64,000 bases of DNA from contig NW_024704742.1 in the NCBI RefSeq assembly GCF_018977255.1, forward strand, positions 110,672,001 to 110,736,000. The letters run 5' to 3'. The stretch comes from Callorhinchus milii (lineage: Eukaryota). Position numbers and translations under genes: made by a program. Position 1 is the stretch's first letter. Each line of letters opens with the position of its first letter. This document shows, one piece after another, positions 1 through 14,510 of the stretch. The notes beneath the pieces are model-generated. The model saw nothing but the letters and a program-made list of their open reading frames with translations, had not been told where the DNA came from and did no database searches.

Positions 1-94
1 TTCAATATTTCGGTGACAATACAGCAAAATTAGGAGACAAAGTCACATATGGATTAGTGACTCTCCAGGATCTTTGTCCTTTGCATAAATAGGT

Positions 95-210
95 CTGTTT
101 CGCCCATAACTATGCAGTCAATTCACTTTGCAGTATATTCTGTGAAGCGCTTTGAGACGTCTAGAAGACGTGAAAAGCACTATATCAAATGCAAGGATTA
201 TTATTACTAT
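95..210 (+). mobile_element. 5'-truncated SINE tail (representative; similar pieces at about 710-820, 3675-3800, 4385-4490, 22600-22745, 23950-24055(-), 27250-27360, 49800-49985, 57520-57670(-), 59585-59697)
   Basis: Recurring cagtcaattcacttt.cagtatattctgtgaagcgctttgagacgtct...ctatatcaaatgcaaggattattat. Confidence 0.85.
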
Positions 211-644
211 CTCATGCACACCCTTTGAAGACGATAACCAAACTTTAGAGTTTCATACAGAAAAGAATACTTTGTCAGCATGATCTCCTTCACAAACCTG
301 TGAGGGTGAAAAAATATTTTCCGTTTTTGTGAACGAATAGGATTATCTGAGTTTTTGTGCAATATACATCAAACAGTTTCATATTGCTCCAATTCAATAG
401 GAAATGTGAGCTCTCTGACATTAATGCTTTACAGTGTGGCATATTTGATGTGAGATCAGCATTTGTCTCACAAATTCTCATTACAAATGTATTATTCTGA
501 GACTATGTATTGTTGGATGTTTACTGGATCTGCTCTTAAATATAGTCAAAAATATTTGGATACTCATGTTAATATGGTGAAACATAAAAAAATTCACCTG
601 ATATGAAACACTTTTACTTTAGCTTTACTTTTTTATTGTTAATT

Positions 645-869
645 TCAACCTGTGCCTAATAGTGTCCAGAACTAGATAAGCAGGGTGCATCTTTCTGGGG
701 AGAGGATTCTCCCACAAATTATACAGTCAATTCACTTTACAGTATATTCTGTGCAGCACTTTGAGATGTCTCGAAGACGTGATAAAGCGCTATATCAAAT
801 GCAAAGATTATTAAGGATTATCGGATACGCATTCCATTCCAGACACAGGGAAATTTCCATGCAAGCCTG

Positions 870-901
<32 letters not shown>

Positions 902-980
902 GGTATGTAGAATGCTCAGTTTGGATAGCCTGATGCATGGTGTTCAACTTTCATATGTTGTCAGACACCCGGCTGACCAC
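645..980 (+). repeat. 3' fragment of the same unassigned repeat, containing a SINE tail and (TA)n
   Basis: aacctgtgcctaat...ctcagtttggata...tgtcagacacccggctgacc. Confidence 0.7.
870..901. repeat. (TA)n microsatellite
   Basis: Direct reading. Confidence 0.95.
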
Positions 981-3900
981 CCCAAATATCATTCACAATG
1001 ATTAATAAGCAGTTATTCAACAATAGGTATTGGAGAGAGAGGACCACACCTAGAACAAGCCACTGCTTACCCAACACCTACATGGGTCGCTGACAATGAT
1101 TGGGAGTGGAATATTTTGCCATCTTGAATCAAAGATGCTGATGCCACCTATAGCATCTTCACAGAGCTAAGCTTTGGGATCGAACTTGGAATTTTCCTGG
1201 TCTGTAGGGTTCAGTATCACACAACGTAAAGAAGTTATCCACTGAACGTTAATTTGTAAAGTGCTGAATATTTCAAGTAGCATTGCTTTCCCTTGGATGT
1301 GTACTGTGCTACAAGGTAAATTTTTATGTTAAAGCAATGCTATGTTCCTGCAATTGTACAAAGCATATGCTTTTTACTCGCCGCGTAGCTCTATTAGGAC
1401 CGCAAAGTTGTTCTCAAAGAAATCACTCAAAAGCAGACGGATTGCCGAATGACATAAGATAATTTCTCTGACAACTGGTTCAAAACAAACTCACAAGTAC
1501 CAGCAGAATCATCCTGTATTATTTAAATGCTTTATAGGCATTAAAATTAACATGAATGCAATGAAACCTGGCCCAGTCCAGGCTTGTTCTGACAGCATAA
1601 ACCCAGCAGGGAGGTGACTAGCACATTTACTGTATTCTTTGTTCATTTATCTCAAGCATGTACCAGCAAGCATCTCAGAAATATTTGAACAGATCTTTGA
1701 ATATAAATTACATTTCCATATTTAAATGACTGCTATTCTCCAACATTAAAAAAATATTATTCATTGCTTTCAAGTTGAAACTTCTGATCCCCTTTACAAA
1801 TATGCAGCCCTCTGTTTGTCCATATCATGAACCAAGAATCTAAAGTCATTTGAAAAATAAAAGGAATGTTCAATATCGCAATGAATAATGTCCATGATTA
1901 AAACAATTTGATGGAAATGGTTCAATAAAACATTTCACTCCTGCAACAAAAGAACGTTCTAATTTAGCAATTGCCCACTCACTTTGACAAGTGTCCTTTT
2001 AACACACTTTTACATTTTGTTATAATGAAAGGAAAAGTAATCTTACTCTTTTTTTCCTGGCCTGCGATTGTCTGGGAAGTGCCCAAGAGTTGTGCTCTGC
2101 TGTGCTGAAAAACAGCAGGACATTCCACCCTAACTACCCCAGAGTCAACTCAGTCCCTTAAGTAATTCAGTTTCAAATGCCATAGGGTATACCTGACTGT
2201 GGATTATCTTACTGTCGTGCCTATTCTCACTTCCATTTTCATTTCACAGGCAGAATCAAGATGATTGAGAACAATTCATTAACTGGAGGAGAGTTGATCA
2301 CACCCAGGTGTTTTAAAAAAAATGAGATCTAGATTTTTGTTGCAACTTTCCTTTATTTCAAAGATCTCAAAGTGATACATTTATCATAAAACTGAGGAAA
2401 TACAAAATACATTACGTAAAAAGTGGCATGTGAACAGGTACCAGCGATGAAGACTGGTACCCAAGATTGTTGTTGGATTCAAAAAATGTGGAAGAATTGT
2501 ACTGCTTTGTATTCTGAGTGCAAACACATGAGTCAAACGGTTTTTCACAGCATAACCCTCTTGCTAATAACTCTAACTCAGCAAGTGGTGGTTAATTCTG
2601 CAGCTCAATTTCTGCATGGTAGGGACAGGGTTCCTTTAATGTGCTGATTCCTCAAATCTGATGCAAAATAATTTTTCCTTGAAGTAGCTAGGAGCTAAAG
2701 AAGCCAAACTGTTGAAAAATGTCTTCCTAGCAGCAGACATTGGGAAGATAATCAAACTTCTGCTGTGGAGAACAATTTCAGGAATGCGTGGCTTGTGTAC
2801 CAACTCCACTGACTTACACTGTTTACCCTGAGATCCTGCTAATGACACAGCCACAACCTAGGGTGCAGATCAGGGGTCAGTGACATATGGAAAGCATTCT
2901 GCCAAGAAAACTGAAATATCTCGATCTCTAATACATGCCAGCAGTGGGCCACTGATACTTTAACTGAGGAATACTGACGTTCTTCACAAATCATATAATT
3001 CATGTAAATAATGCGATACAATCGCCAGGTATAAAACATAAAGGAGCCTTCAATTATAACAACTATTGTGATAGCAATATCTTGTGTTAAGGATAAGGGG
3101 CAGTAATGCACCACCTGGTGCTTAGCACACCACAAAGCATAATCAAGTCAAATTCTGNTTTTTTTATGTGAAACACATCATGGAAATCATTGGAACAGTA
3201 GCAGTCCCAGCGCCTTACAATATCCTTCCAACGTGAAAGGCGCTATACAAATGTAACTTTGTATTGTATTTATGGACCTGAAAAATATGGTATGTGATAA
3301 TTATCACATCATATACCACATTTTTCACTCCGAGGAATGATGACACGGTCAGGCTGGAATGGTCTTCCCATGTAACTATACTCCATTAATAAAAACCTAC
3401 TGAGGATATTTTATAACATAAGCAAGATTGATAAATCTTCATCCAGTTGAACATTTGAAAATGTGGTATGTACTGCAATATTATTGGTCATTGTATTTTT
3501 CATCCCTAAAAGTTCTTTGTACTTTCAGTCACTAAGAAGTGAAAGGAAGGTGACAGTAAACAAGGCAAACAGGATGCTGAGCTACAGCATTGGGGGCAGA
3601 AGCTTTTAATGATTGGAGAACGGAAGAGCAAAGCCAGAGGTCGGGAGAAAAGCGAAATTGCAACCAAAGAGTGATCGTTTCGCCCACAAAATACTCAGTC
3701 CACTTTACAGTATATCCTGTGAAACGCTTTGAGATGTCTCGACAATATGATAAAACACTATATCAAATGTAGGGATTATTATTATTATTATTATTATTAT
3801 CAACGATGGCGCCTTTGAGGTGAAATGGAATGCCGCCCGGCACAAGTTAAAGTGAAATCATCCCAAATAAACAAGTTACATGAACACATATGGTGGGTTA

Positions 3901-5734
3901 TAAACTGGATGATTGGCACTTGCACTGAGTCAAGCTGTCATCGCTCCACCTCCACCCCCCCATCCCCCGCCTACCTCCCATTAGCATTTATCATTCATCA
4001 TCACACCAGCTTCTGAGCACCAGTGGCAGAGGTAATAGGGGACAGGAGTGTATGGAGCAGCTGCAAGGTGTGATGGGGATGTCTGGGGGTGATGTCTGTG
4101 GGTGTAATATCTGAGGGGGGGAAAGGATTCGAGAGGAGACAAGGAATTGCTGGGGGTGGGGCTGTGCCCAATGACAATGCGTCAGGGCCAGGCTGTTTCG
4201 TTCTCGCTGCTGTACCTTACTTTCTGGGTCCATGTGAGTGCTATGGAGCAGCCGTCGCTCTCTCTGCCCCAAACTCATGGCACAATCTCAAGCCTTAACA
4301 TTCCGCCCTTGCTCTTGCATACCGTGTCTCTGTGCTAGCCTGCCCACACACCACGCTGTTGCACCCCTAGCACCTCTGGGACACAATTGGCTGCTGCGTT
4401 TCACCCACAAAATATAAAGTCACTTTACAGTATATTCTGTGAAGTGTTTTGAGACGTCTTAAAGAAGTAATGCAAGGATTATTATTATTGCAGTGCCAAA
4501 CCTGAGTATAAATTGAATACAAATTCAGTTGCTATTGCTACAAGTCATGCTTAAACTGTCCAGTTCTTTGGTCAAGTGTGTACCTGATGTATTGGGTATA
4601 GTTCTGGTCACTGTTGTATAAGCGGTCTGAGAAAATGCAGAGAAAAGCAATAAAGCCTTCTTCATTCACACCTCATGATCATGTGAGAACACTGATATCT
4701 CATACAAAACAGAATAATTTAATTTAATTTATATACAGTACTAAGTTGATGGTGAAATATTTTTTTAAAATTGTGGCTTCAATCCTACATCTTAAGATGT
4801 TACATGTGTACGTGCTTCATAAGTGTGCTTTATAAGTGTTTCAATGACAGTACCTGATTGAACCATTAGTTTATTTTTTGTGTGTTGCAGTTGAAAATTA
4901 CAGGGGAAATGAAAGCTCTGGCAGTTTGTACTTTTTTAAGTATAGAGCATAATACACCAATAGACAGGTTACTGATATAGATTCTGTCAATTCTTTTTGC
5001 CTTTAATTCAAAAGTCATAAGCTGTATGTACAATTGCAAAGGTTTCATTCAGAATGTCAAAAAATGAACCAAGATTAGATTCTCAAAATTACCTTAAAAC
5101 ATTAATCTTCAGTGTGTTCACACAGCAAATTATGCCTCCCCTCAACCCTTCCCCCAAATTCAATACTAGAATATAGTCTTGTAGCATACAGCAGTCAGAC
5201 TCTTCACTCGCACGGAAATTTGCTTTACCTCGATTTCATTCACTATGTTTCTTCTCAAAAGTTAGCAGATGGGAATACATTTGTTTTGAATGAGAATGCA
5301 TTTCTTGTGCAAACGTATCTTGGATTAGGAAAGGACTTTTTAAAGCAAATTGGTTAAATATTTAAAGAGGAAGAGAATAAAATTGTACAGAGAAAAACAG
5401 GGAAACAGGGATCAGAATAGTTAGTTCCAGTGAATTAGCGGGCACCATTTTAATGGCCTGAATGTTGCAGGCTGAATGTGTGTATAAATATGTTCTAAGT
5501 CTAATTTTTAGTGATCTTCCAAGCAGTTTGCTCAAAGATACCTCTGCCACTATTTCTGCGCCAGATCTGATAGACTGGGATAGAATTTATAATGTTGAAA
5601 GCAATTTGACTTCACTTCTAGCAGAAAAACAGGAAGCCTGCTTACACATCAAGCTCCACATTGTATTGGGTTGTTGAAATACCCAAATCTGAATTCTGAA
5701 ATCAAGTGCTTTATAGTTTTGGAGTCTATTATCT

Positions 5735-5855
5735 TATAATAAAAAATAATAATAATGATCTTTGCATTTTATATAGCGCTTTTCACGTCTTCTAGACATC
5801 TCAGAGGACTTCACAGAATATACTGTAAAATGAATTGACTGTATATTTGTGAATT
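5735..5855 (-). mobile_element. SINE 3' tail fragment, inverted and abutting the 5862 SINE
   Basis: Reverse complement of the family tail (cagtcaattcattttacagtatattctgtgaag...aaatgcaaagatcattattatt). Confidence 0.85.
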
Positions 5856-5861
5856 GAATTG

Positions 5862-6212
5862 ACTGTAGCTTAATGGTTGAGCACTCGGCTCGCAGCAAGA
5901 GGACCGAGGTTTGATAACCGGGCATGGCAAAATGTTGGGCAAGTTTCCTTACTCCACACGCCTCTGTTCACCTAACAGTAAGGAGGAACCCGTTTGTTAG
6001 TTGATTGGCGGATCGCTTTTCCGGGAGTAATAATCCCTTAAAAAAAAGCCATCACTCATCAAACATAACTGTTTGTGGAACACTTCTTTGCGCAATTGGG
6101 TGCTGTGGTTCACCCATAAAATATAGTCAATTCACTTTACAATATATTCTGTGAAGCACTTTGAGACATCTCGAAGACATGATAAAGTGCTATATCAAAT
6201 GCAAGGATTATT
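5862..6212 (+). mobile_element. tRNA-derived SINE, full length
   Basis: Head, body (ttgggcaagtttccttactccacacgcc) and tail all match the family. Confidence 0.88.
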
Positions 6213-7699
6213 TTTAAAAGAGACAGTCAAGCAAATGCACAGTTTCGCCACTCAACAACAATTATAACTGAATTGCTTTGTGAAATTTCAATGTTATAGA
6301 CTCTGTCTCAAATGCAACGATTAATATTACTAGAATCCACTGAGATCCACTTATCTTGGGAATCGAATGAACAAGCAAGGTCAGTATTATTGTAGATCCA
6401 ATAATGCTTGCAGTCTGATGCCAAAAAACAGTATTAAAGCATTGATCTTTCATGATCATTATCACCTCTTGTAACAACCTCCACAGGTGGGCCCTTTCAG
6501 CAACAGAGCTGCTATTCATCTCCCACAGGTAACAAAGAGATGGATGTCTTTATGGAGAAACTCTGGCCATTATAAATTCTATTACAACTATAATTTCCAC
6601 CAGCAGCACCAATCCTAAAGAGTTTAAATCCTCTTTTGCTCAAATGGGCAATCGACATTTCCTTCAACCTGCCTCTTGTCAAATGATGCAAAGAATCTGG
6701 AATCATTTGGGGCATCCTTCAGAGCTGGAGAACTAGACCTTACATTATAAAATCACCCAATGCCCAGTGTGCTTCACTATCTCAAATGCTGAAGGTAAAA
6801 AACAGATGCATTTGTAATAGAGAAGGGAGTTCCTCCCAAGGTCCTGGCCAATAATTCCCACATACAATTGGTCATTCATTTCAGTGGGACACTGCAGTGC
6901 ACAAACTAGCTGCCTAATTTGCCTACAAAATACATAATCACTATACTTTACAGTAAATCTTGTGAAGCATTTTGAGACATTGCCCAATGTGTAAAGGCAC
7001 TGTATCAAATGCAAAAGTTACGATTTCATTTTTTATTAATTCCTATGCTCCCTTTGATTCTTTGTTAGTTATTCAGGTCATTCTATAATCATTATAGAAA
7101 AAGGACTGGCATTTTGATTGCATTTTATCACTTTGGATACATCCCAAAGCACTCCACTCAAAATAACTTTCAGCGTAGTAACTGATTTTATTGATAAAAG
7201 CATCAACCATTTGCATCAGCAGTGTACATGAACACCCAAGAGGTGACTGCCCAATTAATCTGGTGGATTATCAACCAGAACACCAAGAGAACTTTTGTTC
7301 TTTTTTCAAAGATGTCTAATATCTACCTGAAAACAGGCAAATATCACTTTGGTTGCATGTATAAATTAGACCATTGAAAGAAGCTGTCCAAACAAATCAC
7401 CTTGATTCAGAAGACTCACTTTATTTGAACACTGACACTCCAGTATCAGTGGGGATATATTTTGGAAGAGATACTGGGAGTTATCAGTTTCCTGCAATCT
7501 GCAAAGGCCTTTGTGCTGCAAGAATGTCATAAACAACGATCTTCCCTATTGTATCTTTGCGCAAAAGCACCACAATGCGGTACTGAGCCATACAGACTAG
7601 GAAGATCACAGGTTGCATACAAAATAACAAGGTTCTGAACAGTCAGGGATTAGAACCCAAGCGGGTGGGGGGGGGGGGGGGGGGTTGGGATCAGGGAGG

Positions 7700-8165
7700 G
7701 TGGAGGGCAGAGAGGGTAGGAGGCATGTCTTGAAGGAGGCAAGGGAGGGAGTGAGGCGAAAGGAATGTGGGATGGAGTTCTAGAGAGTGGAGACAGAAAG
7801 GCTAAAGGCCCAACCGCCGATGGTGGGGCGGGCCGGGTGGGGCACATGGAGCAGGCTGGAATCTGCTGAGCAGAGGGAGCAGACAGATTGATAAGAGGTT
7901 AGCAGGTCAGAGAGATAGGAGGGGGCAAGGTCATGGAAGGCCATGAAGGTGAGGATGAGAATTTTAGACTCGATCGTCTGAGGGATGGGGAGCCAGTGGA
8001 CCCGAGCGAGGGTGGGAGTGATGGGGTCACGGAGCCTGGTGCAGGAGAGGACATGAGCTGCAGAGTTTTGGTTGATCTGCAGCTTGTGGAGGGAAGAGTT
8101 GCAAAGGCTGACAAGCAGGGCGTTGGCATAGTCGAACCTGGATGTAATGAAGGCATGTATGCCTT
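7700..8165 (-). mobile_element. L2 LINE 3' fragment (ORF2 C-terminus)
   Basis: HAFITSRFDYANALL...LQINQNSAAHVL...HWLPIPQTIESKILILTF is a typical L2 ORF2 C-terminal region. Confidence 0.9.
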
Positions 8166-8604
8166 TGGTTGGTGCTGAGCAAGCCAGTTTCAGACAATAT
8201 GGCAGTAGAGTGGTTATAATCAGGCTTGTTCTATCTAGATTAGAAAGAGAAAATATCGAGCTGGGGTTGGGACTCCCAATTGATATTGAGCAGATAAATA
8301 GATCAAGTACATCTGTGTGGATGTTGAGTAGCACAGATATAGGCTGCGCTTCAATACTCTTTATAAACAAATGGCTTGCCACTCCTCACTGCTGTATGAG
8401 ATGATACATGAAATGAGTCATATGAGGGAGAATGCTAGCAGCAGCCAAGAATCCAAATCCCACTTTATCAGTCAGTACCTCTCGGATTTCCTAGAACATT
8501 AAATTGCACAACAGGTGTTATATATCCTTCGAAATATAGGAATTAAGATGTAGAGTGCATCTGTTAAAATAGTTAAATGTGAGCTAGTCATACAGTACAA
8601 AGCA

Positions 8605-9190
8605 AAACCTTTACAAGTCACTAGTTAGGCCTCAGCTGGACTAATGTGTTCAATTCTGGGCTCCAAACTTTAGGAAGAATATCAAGGGCTTGGGAGGGTG
8701 CGGAGATTTATCAGAATGGTACCAGGGATGAAGGACTTTAGTTATGTACTAGAGAGATACTAGAGAAGCTGGGATTGTTCTCCTTTGAGCAAAGAAGGTT
8801 AAGGGGAGATTTGATAGTGGTGTTCAAAATTATGAGGGGTTTTGATAGAGTAGATAGGGAGAAACTGTTTCCACTGGCAGGTGGGTCGGTAACCAGGGAT
8901 ATAGATTCAAGATAATTGGCAAAAGAATCAGAGGGGAGGTGAGGAGACATTTATTTTACACAGAGAGTTGTTTTGGTCTGGAATACGTCACCTGAAATGG
9001 TGGAGGAAACAGATTCGATAACAACTTTCAAAGGGGAATTGGATAGGTATGTGAACAGGAAATATTTGCAAGGATATGGGGAAAGAGCAGGGGAATGGGA
9101 TTGATTTGGTAGCTCTTCTAAAGAGCCACGCAGGCACGATAGGCCGAATGGCCTCCTTCTGTGCTGTAATATTTTATTCTATGATTCATT
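8605..9190 (+). mobile_element. CR1 LINE 3' fragment
   Basis: YKSLVRPQLD*CVQFWAP and LFSFEQRRLRGDLIVVFKIMRG; 3' end ggccgaatggcctccttctgtgctgt...attctatgatt. Confidence 0.9.
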
Positions 9191-10439
9191 TTAGTGGCAT
9201 CTCCCATTATAATCATCAAGTTATAAGATCACTAATTTTTATGCATATAATTTAGATTAAAGAGGTCATGAATAATAAAGATAGGGAAATTTATTTTTGC
9301 AATTGGCTGTTGTATTGCATTGATACAACATTATGTTACATAAGTTGATATATTAATTTATAGTATTTTAAAATTATATTGTAATTCATTATGAACATAT
9401 ATGGTGCTTATTATCTCCCTCTGTTATCATCTCAGCAGTCTTTCTGGTTTCCCTGGATATATCAGTCTATAATGTTGACAATTCCTGAGTGGGAATAAGC
9501 TTTAAAGTCATGGAACAATCTCAGCTCCACATAGAATTTAGTTTATCAGTAAATCACAGTGTTAGTATAAGCACTTAGTTCTAGGTTTGAACACTTTAAA
9601 ATTCACAAGCAATAGATGTATGGAGCTAAATTTCATGCGTCCCAATCTAATTCTGCACAGCAGTCCACTAGTGCAGTCCTATTGGCAGTAAATCAATGCT
9701 ATCCTTACAAAATATGAGTGGGAACCTACTGCATTCTTGTTTAGTTTGCATTTCAAGGCTTTTTTTTTTGGGGGGGGGGGCAGGGGAGGTCTTATGTGTT
9801 TATATTAGATCACAGAGGTACCAAATCAGTTTTAGCACTGTAACTTGTCATTCAAAAAAGAGTTCTATTTGGGGCAAAATCGTGACTATTTAATACAGTT
9901 ATCAAGAAGCTGAGTTGAGAGAGTTGGGCTCCAGCTCTGAGTTGGGGATCAGCAGAAAAGTCGTCCCAGTTCTCGCTGCTGAATAATTAGGATATCTTGA
10001 GCATGAAATTATATTTTTTTAAAAATCTGCCATTCCCAGACCACACAAGTGGTATAAGATCTAATATCAAACTCGTTCAAGGTATTGACCTCTTTGACAC
10101 AATGTACAGAGCTTAGGTGAAATCTGCTAATGATTTCTCCGGTTATTGTGTTAACAGAGAGACAGACGGATGGAAATGCCAATTACAGTATCTCAATTCC
10201 TTTTGTTGAGGTGATAATTAGTTTACAAGGATGTTTTCTGCTATTTGAAACTGTACATTGATTTCACATTTGGGCAGACTAGCTCACATTTAATTATAGG
10301 TGGATTTTAACAGACATAATAGATTTACTGACTTGTTACACATTAGAATCTGTGCTTTGTCATGAAAATATACACATATATGGGTGGCCCAACACTCTCT
10401 TTGTAACTCTTGTTAAAAACAAAATCAAGAATGTTTCAG

Positions 10440-10865
10440 AGAGAGCCTGTTGGTAGCTAGACTCTGAATTATAAAGTTGTGGATTTAAGGCTAACTGTTG
10501 GATTCATATCAACTTGGCTGACACTCCAATGAGGTAATGTGAGTGTGTTATATTGTTGTAGATGCTATGCTTTGGATGAGTTGTTAAACTGGGGTCCTGT
10601 TTGCCTGATCAGGTGGACATTAAAGATCCATTGGCACTATGCGAGAGAAGGGAGGTATTCCTGTTGTCCTCGCCAACAATTCCTTAAATAAAATTGGTCA
10701 TTCACTTAGTGGCAGTTATCGGGACATTGCTATGCACAAGTTGGCTGACACATGAACTTATCAAAAAAATTACAGTCAATGAACTTTCCAGCATATCTAG
10801 TGAAACGCTTTGAACCATTTTGATGATGTGACAGGTGCTATAATCAAAAGAATGTTTGTTTATCA
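10440..10865 (+). mobile_element. Old Deu-domain SINE (AmnSINE1/SINE3/SacSINE1 superfamily)
   Basis: Contains ggatgagttgttaaactggggtcctgtttgcctgatcaggtggacattaaagatccattggcactat...gtcctcgccaac, resembling the Deu central domain as I recall it. Confidence 0.75.
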
Positions 10866-12561
10866 TTATTTTAAATCCGTATTAACTACCTATAATTGTG
10901 ATTTCTGTCAGTTTATGCACCTTTTTGCAGAGATAGATTTTGAGCTGAAGGACACTCAAGAATTGCTTGCAGAGTATGTCATTAGGATCCAAACTATTTT
11001 TGTTCCAACAAATCATCTGCATTTATATTAGACTGCTCAATTTGCAAAATATCAGCAAATCAGGGAACATGCAGCTCTAGCTTAAGAATCAAATTTTTTG
11101 TTTCGGTTTCTGAGTTAATAAAAAGTTTGGATCCAACAGTATTAATTACAGTGAATGGAATCAATGGGCCTAATAACATGCAGGCTGCCTGTCACTAATA
11201 GCCTGGAATAATCTTCACCTGGACAAATCAATGAGATGAAAAAGCACCACAGAAAAGATCAAAAGATGCATGCCTATTGCGACCATTAACACTCTGAGAA
11301 CAATAGTTTGTGTCTGAACACACTCTTCATATCCATTCTGCTGCAGTTACCATGGTTTCCATCATTTCATTAACATTCAACGCAATACCAGTGTAACAGC
11401 ACCACCTACACGTTGGAGGGTAAAATTATAAATGTTATGTCTGCTCCATTTCCAGTAAGTTTGAATCAAATTGTGCCTCGGATGTTTCTGTATCCTCTAT
11501 TTTAGATATTTTCATTGAAAACAAAATAAATTAACTTGCAAGAGTGTTGAAACTGGTGTTCATGAAAGAAACAGATTCATATTTCAGCATCAACTCATCT
11601 TAACCCAAAGAAGTGTTTGTCAGTGTCAGACAGGCTATCTGAACCTGGGAGAGGTCTCTTCCCATAACACCCAAACTTTCAGTAGTCCAGATGTTAAAAC
11701 ATTTTCTATTAACTTTATGAAATACTGGCAAATACCACAATTAATTAAATGACAATAATAGCATTGAAGGGATTCTGTAAAGTGAAATGCAAGTGGCTGA
11801 TAACCATCAGATAAATATCCAGGTGACATGGCAACCCTGGAATGATTTCCATGTGATTCCTTTATTTTGCTACTCATGCGTTAGAGTTTATAGCTGCAGA
11901 TTTAGTCAAATCTATTTTTCAAGGGAAGAAATTGTGACAGGTATTAAAGCTCAGAGAACTCATATGTTTGATGCACAACAGCATCCTATTGATTATGAAA
12001 TAATAGTCAACCACCTATGAGGAAATAACGCAATCCATTTGTGTCGTAAATGTTTGAAGTAGGAAATTGGATGGGGTAATAGATTTGACTGTAAGAATGA
12101 TTACTGAGTAGTGACTGTCAAGCCTTCTAACTATCGGGGAACATGTTGGAGCATCACGTCATTCTGAAGAATACTTAATTATTGCTATTAGTAATATTGT
12201 TTTATTCAATACTTCCCATTTTGAGCAGGGTCCTTGGTTTACAGGATCAACTTTTTTATTGAACACAGACTTCTCTAAGAATCAGTCTCCACCAGAGAAA
12301 TTTGCAGTGAATTTGGTTTTCATTACACCAAAATTCTAATGTTCTAAATCTGTCTGACATCTGGGAATTAAGTCTGTCATTTGAATGTGGAAAAGAAATT
12401 CACTGGACACTTCCATATTGGCCAAGTCAGAGTGTCAAATCCATTCCTATAATTAACTGATTTTTTTAAAAAAATGAACTAAACATAAAACAACAATGAC
12501 AAAAAAATGCATTTATTTTGCATCCTTTCAGGGTTAGACACCAAGCAATGGAAACGTTTGT

Positions 12562-12912
12562 GGAGTCCTGTAGCATATTTGGTTAGAGCACCCACCTTGC
12601 AAATGGGAGCACCCTGGTTCGATTCCTGGGCAGGGCAAAACTTTAGGCAAGTTTCCTTACTCCACAAGCTTCTGTTTACCTAGCAGTAAGTAGAAATCTG
12701 GTTATTCAGTGGATTGCTTTTAGGGTAACAATCCCTTAAAAAAAATGTGGTCACTCAATCCATGACTGTTTGTGGGACACTGCAGTGCAATGGCTGCCAT
12801 GTTTCACCCACAAAATATACAGTCAATTCACTTTACAGTAAATTCTGTGAAACGCTTTGAAATATCTCGAAGATGTGATAAGACACTATATTAAATGTAA
12901 TGACTATTACGA
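12562..12912 (+). mobile_element. tRNA-derived SINE, full length
   Basis: ggagtcctgtagc...ggttcgattcc head, plus the shared body and tail. Confidence 0.88.
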
Positions 12913-14406
12913 TTAAAGGAGGGAGGTGACCATTGGCACAGTCAAAGGTTATGGTTAGTTTCAAATGGCCATATAAACAGTAGGAGGAAAAAATTTGATG
13001 TAGCACTTTTTGTTTGCACTGCTCAATGTGTATAGCAACTGCAACCATCTGCAGAGCATAGAATGCCAAAAGAGCAGGAACAAACCACACTGTGGGATCA
13101 CTGGTTGGCAAGCATCAGAGCCTCACTATAAACACATACTGGATTCATTTGTTTAGTTGGACTTTGGCCATGCCTGTTTAAGGAAAAGTGATACTCAAGA
13201 TTTCTCTAAGTGTGAACTGACAAAACAAGATTGTTAGATGAAATGTTTCTGGCCACCGTGGCATTGATAGGTGGCTGCTGCAAGTAAGCATGCTCTTTGT
13301 TGGAACACAGCTTGCCATAAGCACATCTGGTTTCTAATATTTATCAATGGGATTGATGTTAGCAAGTCAAGATGAAAAGGCAATCATTCTGCACAGGCAG
13401 ACGTGAGGAGAGGTTTCATTATAAGCAAACATTTAAATAATTAAATTCTACATCAGCAAATCAAATCTGTTAAGGATTTACAGAACTATGATTCTTCGAG
13501 TTTAAAAAAAATCACTGCTCTCCACTGCGAACCCTTAAACAAATTGTTTAACATTAATAATGAATTTGCTTTGTAAAAGAGCATTCATTTCTCAGGAAGA
13601 CCATTAATATAAATGAAGTTAAGCTAACAATGTGGAAAGTACTGACACTTTCAACTTTCATTATCTGACAATTTTTATTCTAAGACAACTAAACCAAGTA
13701 TTAAAAATTGATGGTATTAAATATCACAGATATGTATATTAATACTTAAGAAACACCCTTTGAAAACATATTTTCCTCTGTTTAATCTTTTATATCACAT
13801 ATAATTACTCATTAAACGGTATAAGTCTCCAGGACTATAATGGAATGCAATCTAGAGATGAGTTCTGATCTTAACAGAACACATGTAGCAGGAGAATGAA
13901 TAAATATATGCGTAAGATGCGATTAGATAGCGAACATTGAAGAGCACTTTCTACACAACAGAGGTTTCAACAATGAAGAACAATATTCTAGAAAATCAAT
14001 AGAACAAATTTCTCATTTTATTAGTAATAATAATGAAATGCATCATTACTATAAGTTTTCTTGTGCAAATTAATTAATTGATGAACAGATTTAACTTTAG
14101 ACCCAAATAGATATGCAGATTTAAGCAACTTAAGTGTCTTTCACTAAAATGTGAAACATTTTTTAAAATCTCATTTGAGGGTCATTACTGGCTGCCAAGC
14201 TTCCCTGCCAAACCATAGTTACTACACTTCAAAGTATAGTATACCTGATCTTGCACTTTCAAATGTTTCAACGACATGATAAGGCACTATATCAAATGCA
14301 AGATTTATTTATTTATTTTAGTTATTCATCCAATTTATTCATTAACACTCTGAAATTTTGTTTTCCATCCATAATTTATTTCCTAAGGTTTCTGTGTATT
14401 TTGCAG

Positions 14407-14510
14407 ACTTCAGCTATGACAAAGATGGACAATTCACCACAACCATGTCATCAGTACTGTTACCAGAACAGTGCAAAAATTGCAAATTCTTAACATTAAA
14501 ACCGGAGTCT
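14407..14510 (+). other. Candidate plus-strand exon (104 nt), product unknown
   Basis: tttctgtgtattttgcag| acceptor and |gtaagt donor. One open frame reads (D)FSYDKDGQFTTTMSSVLLPEQCKNCKFLTLKPES. No homology recognised. Confidence 0.3.

Noticed and set aside
3158..3158. Single N bases (3158 and 36620)
   Set aside because: Assembly ambiguities beside poly-T runs, not biological features.
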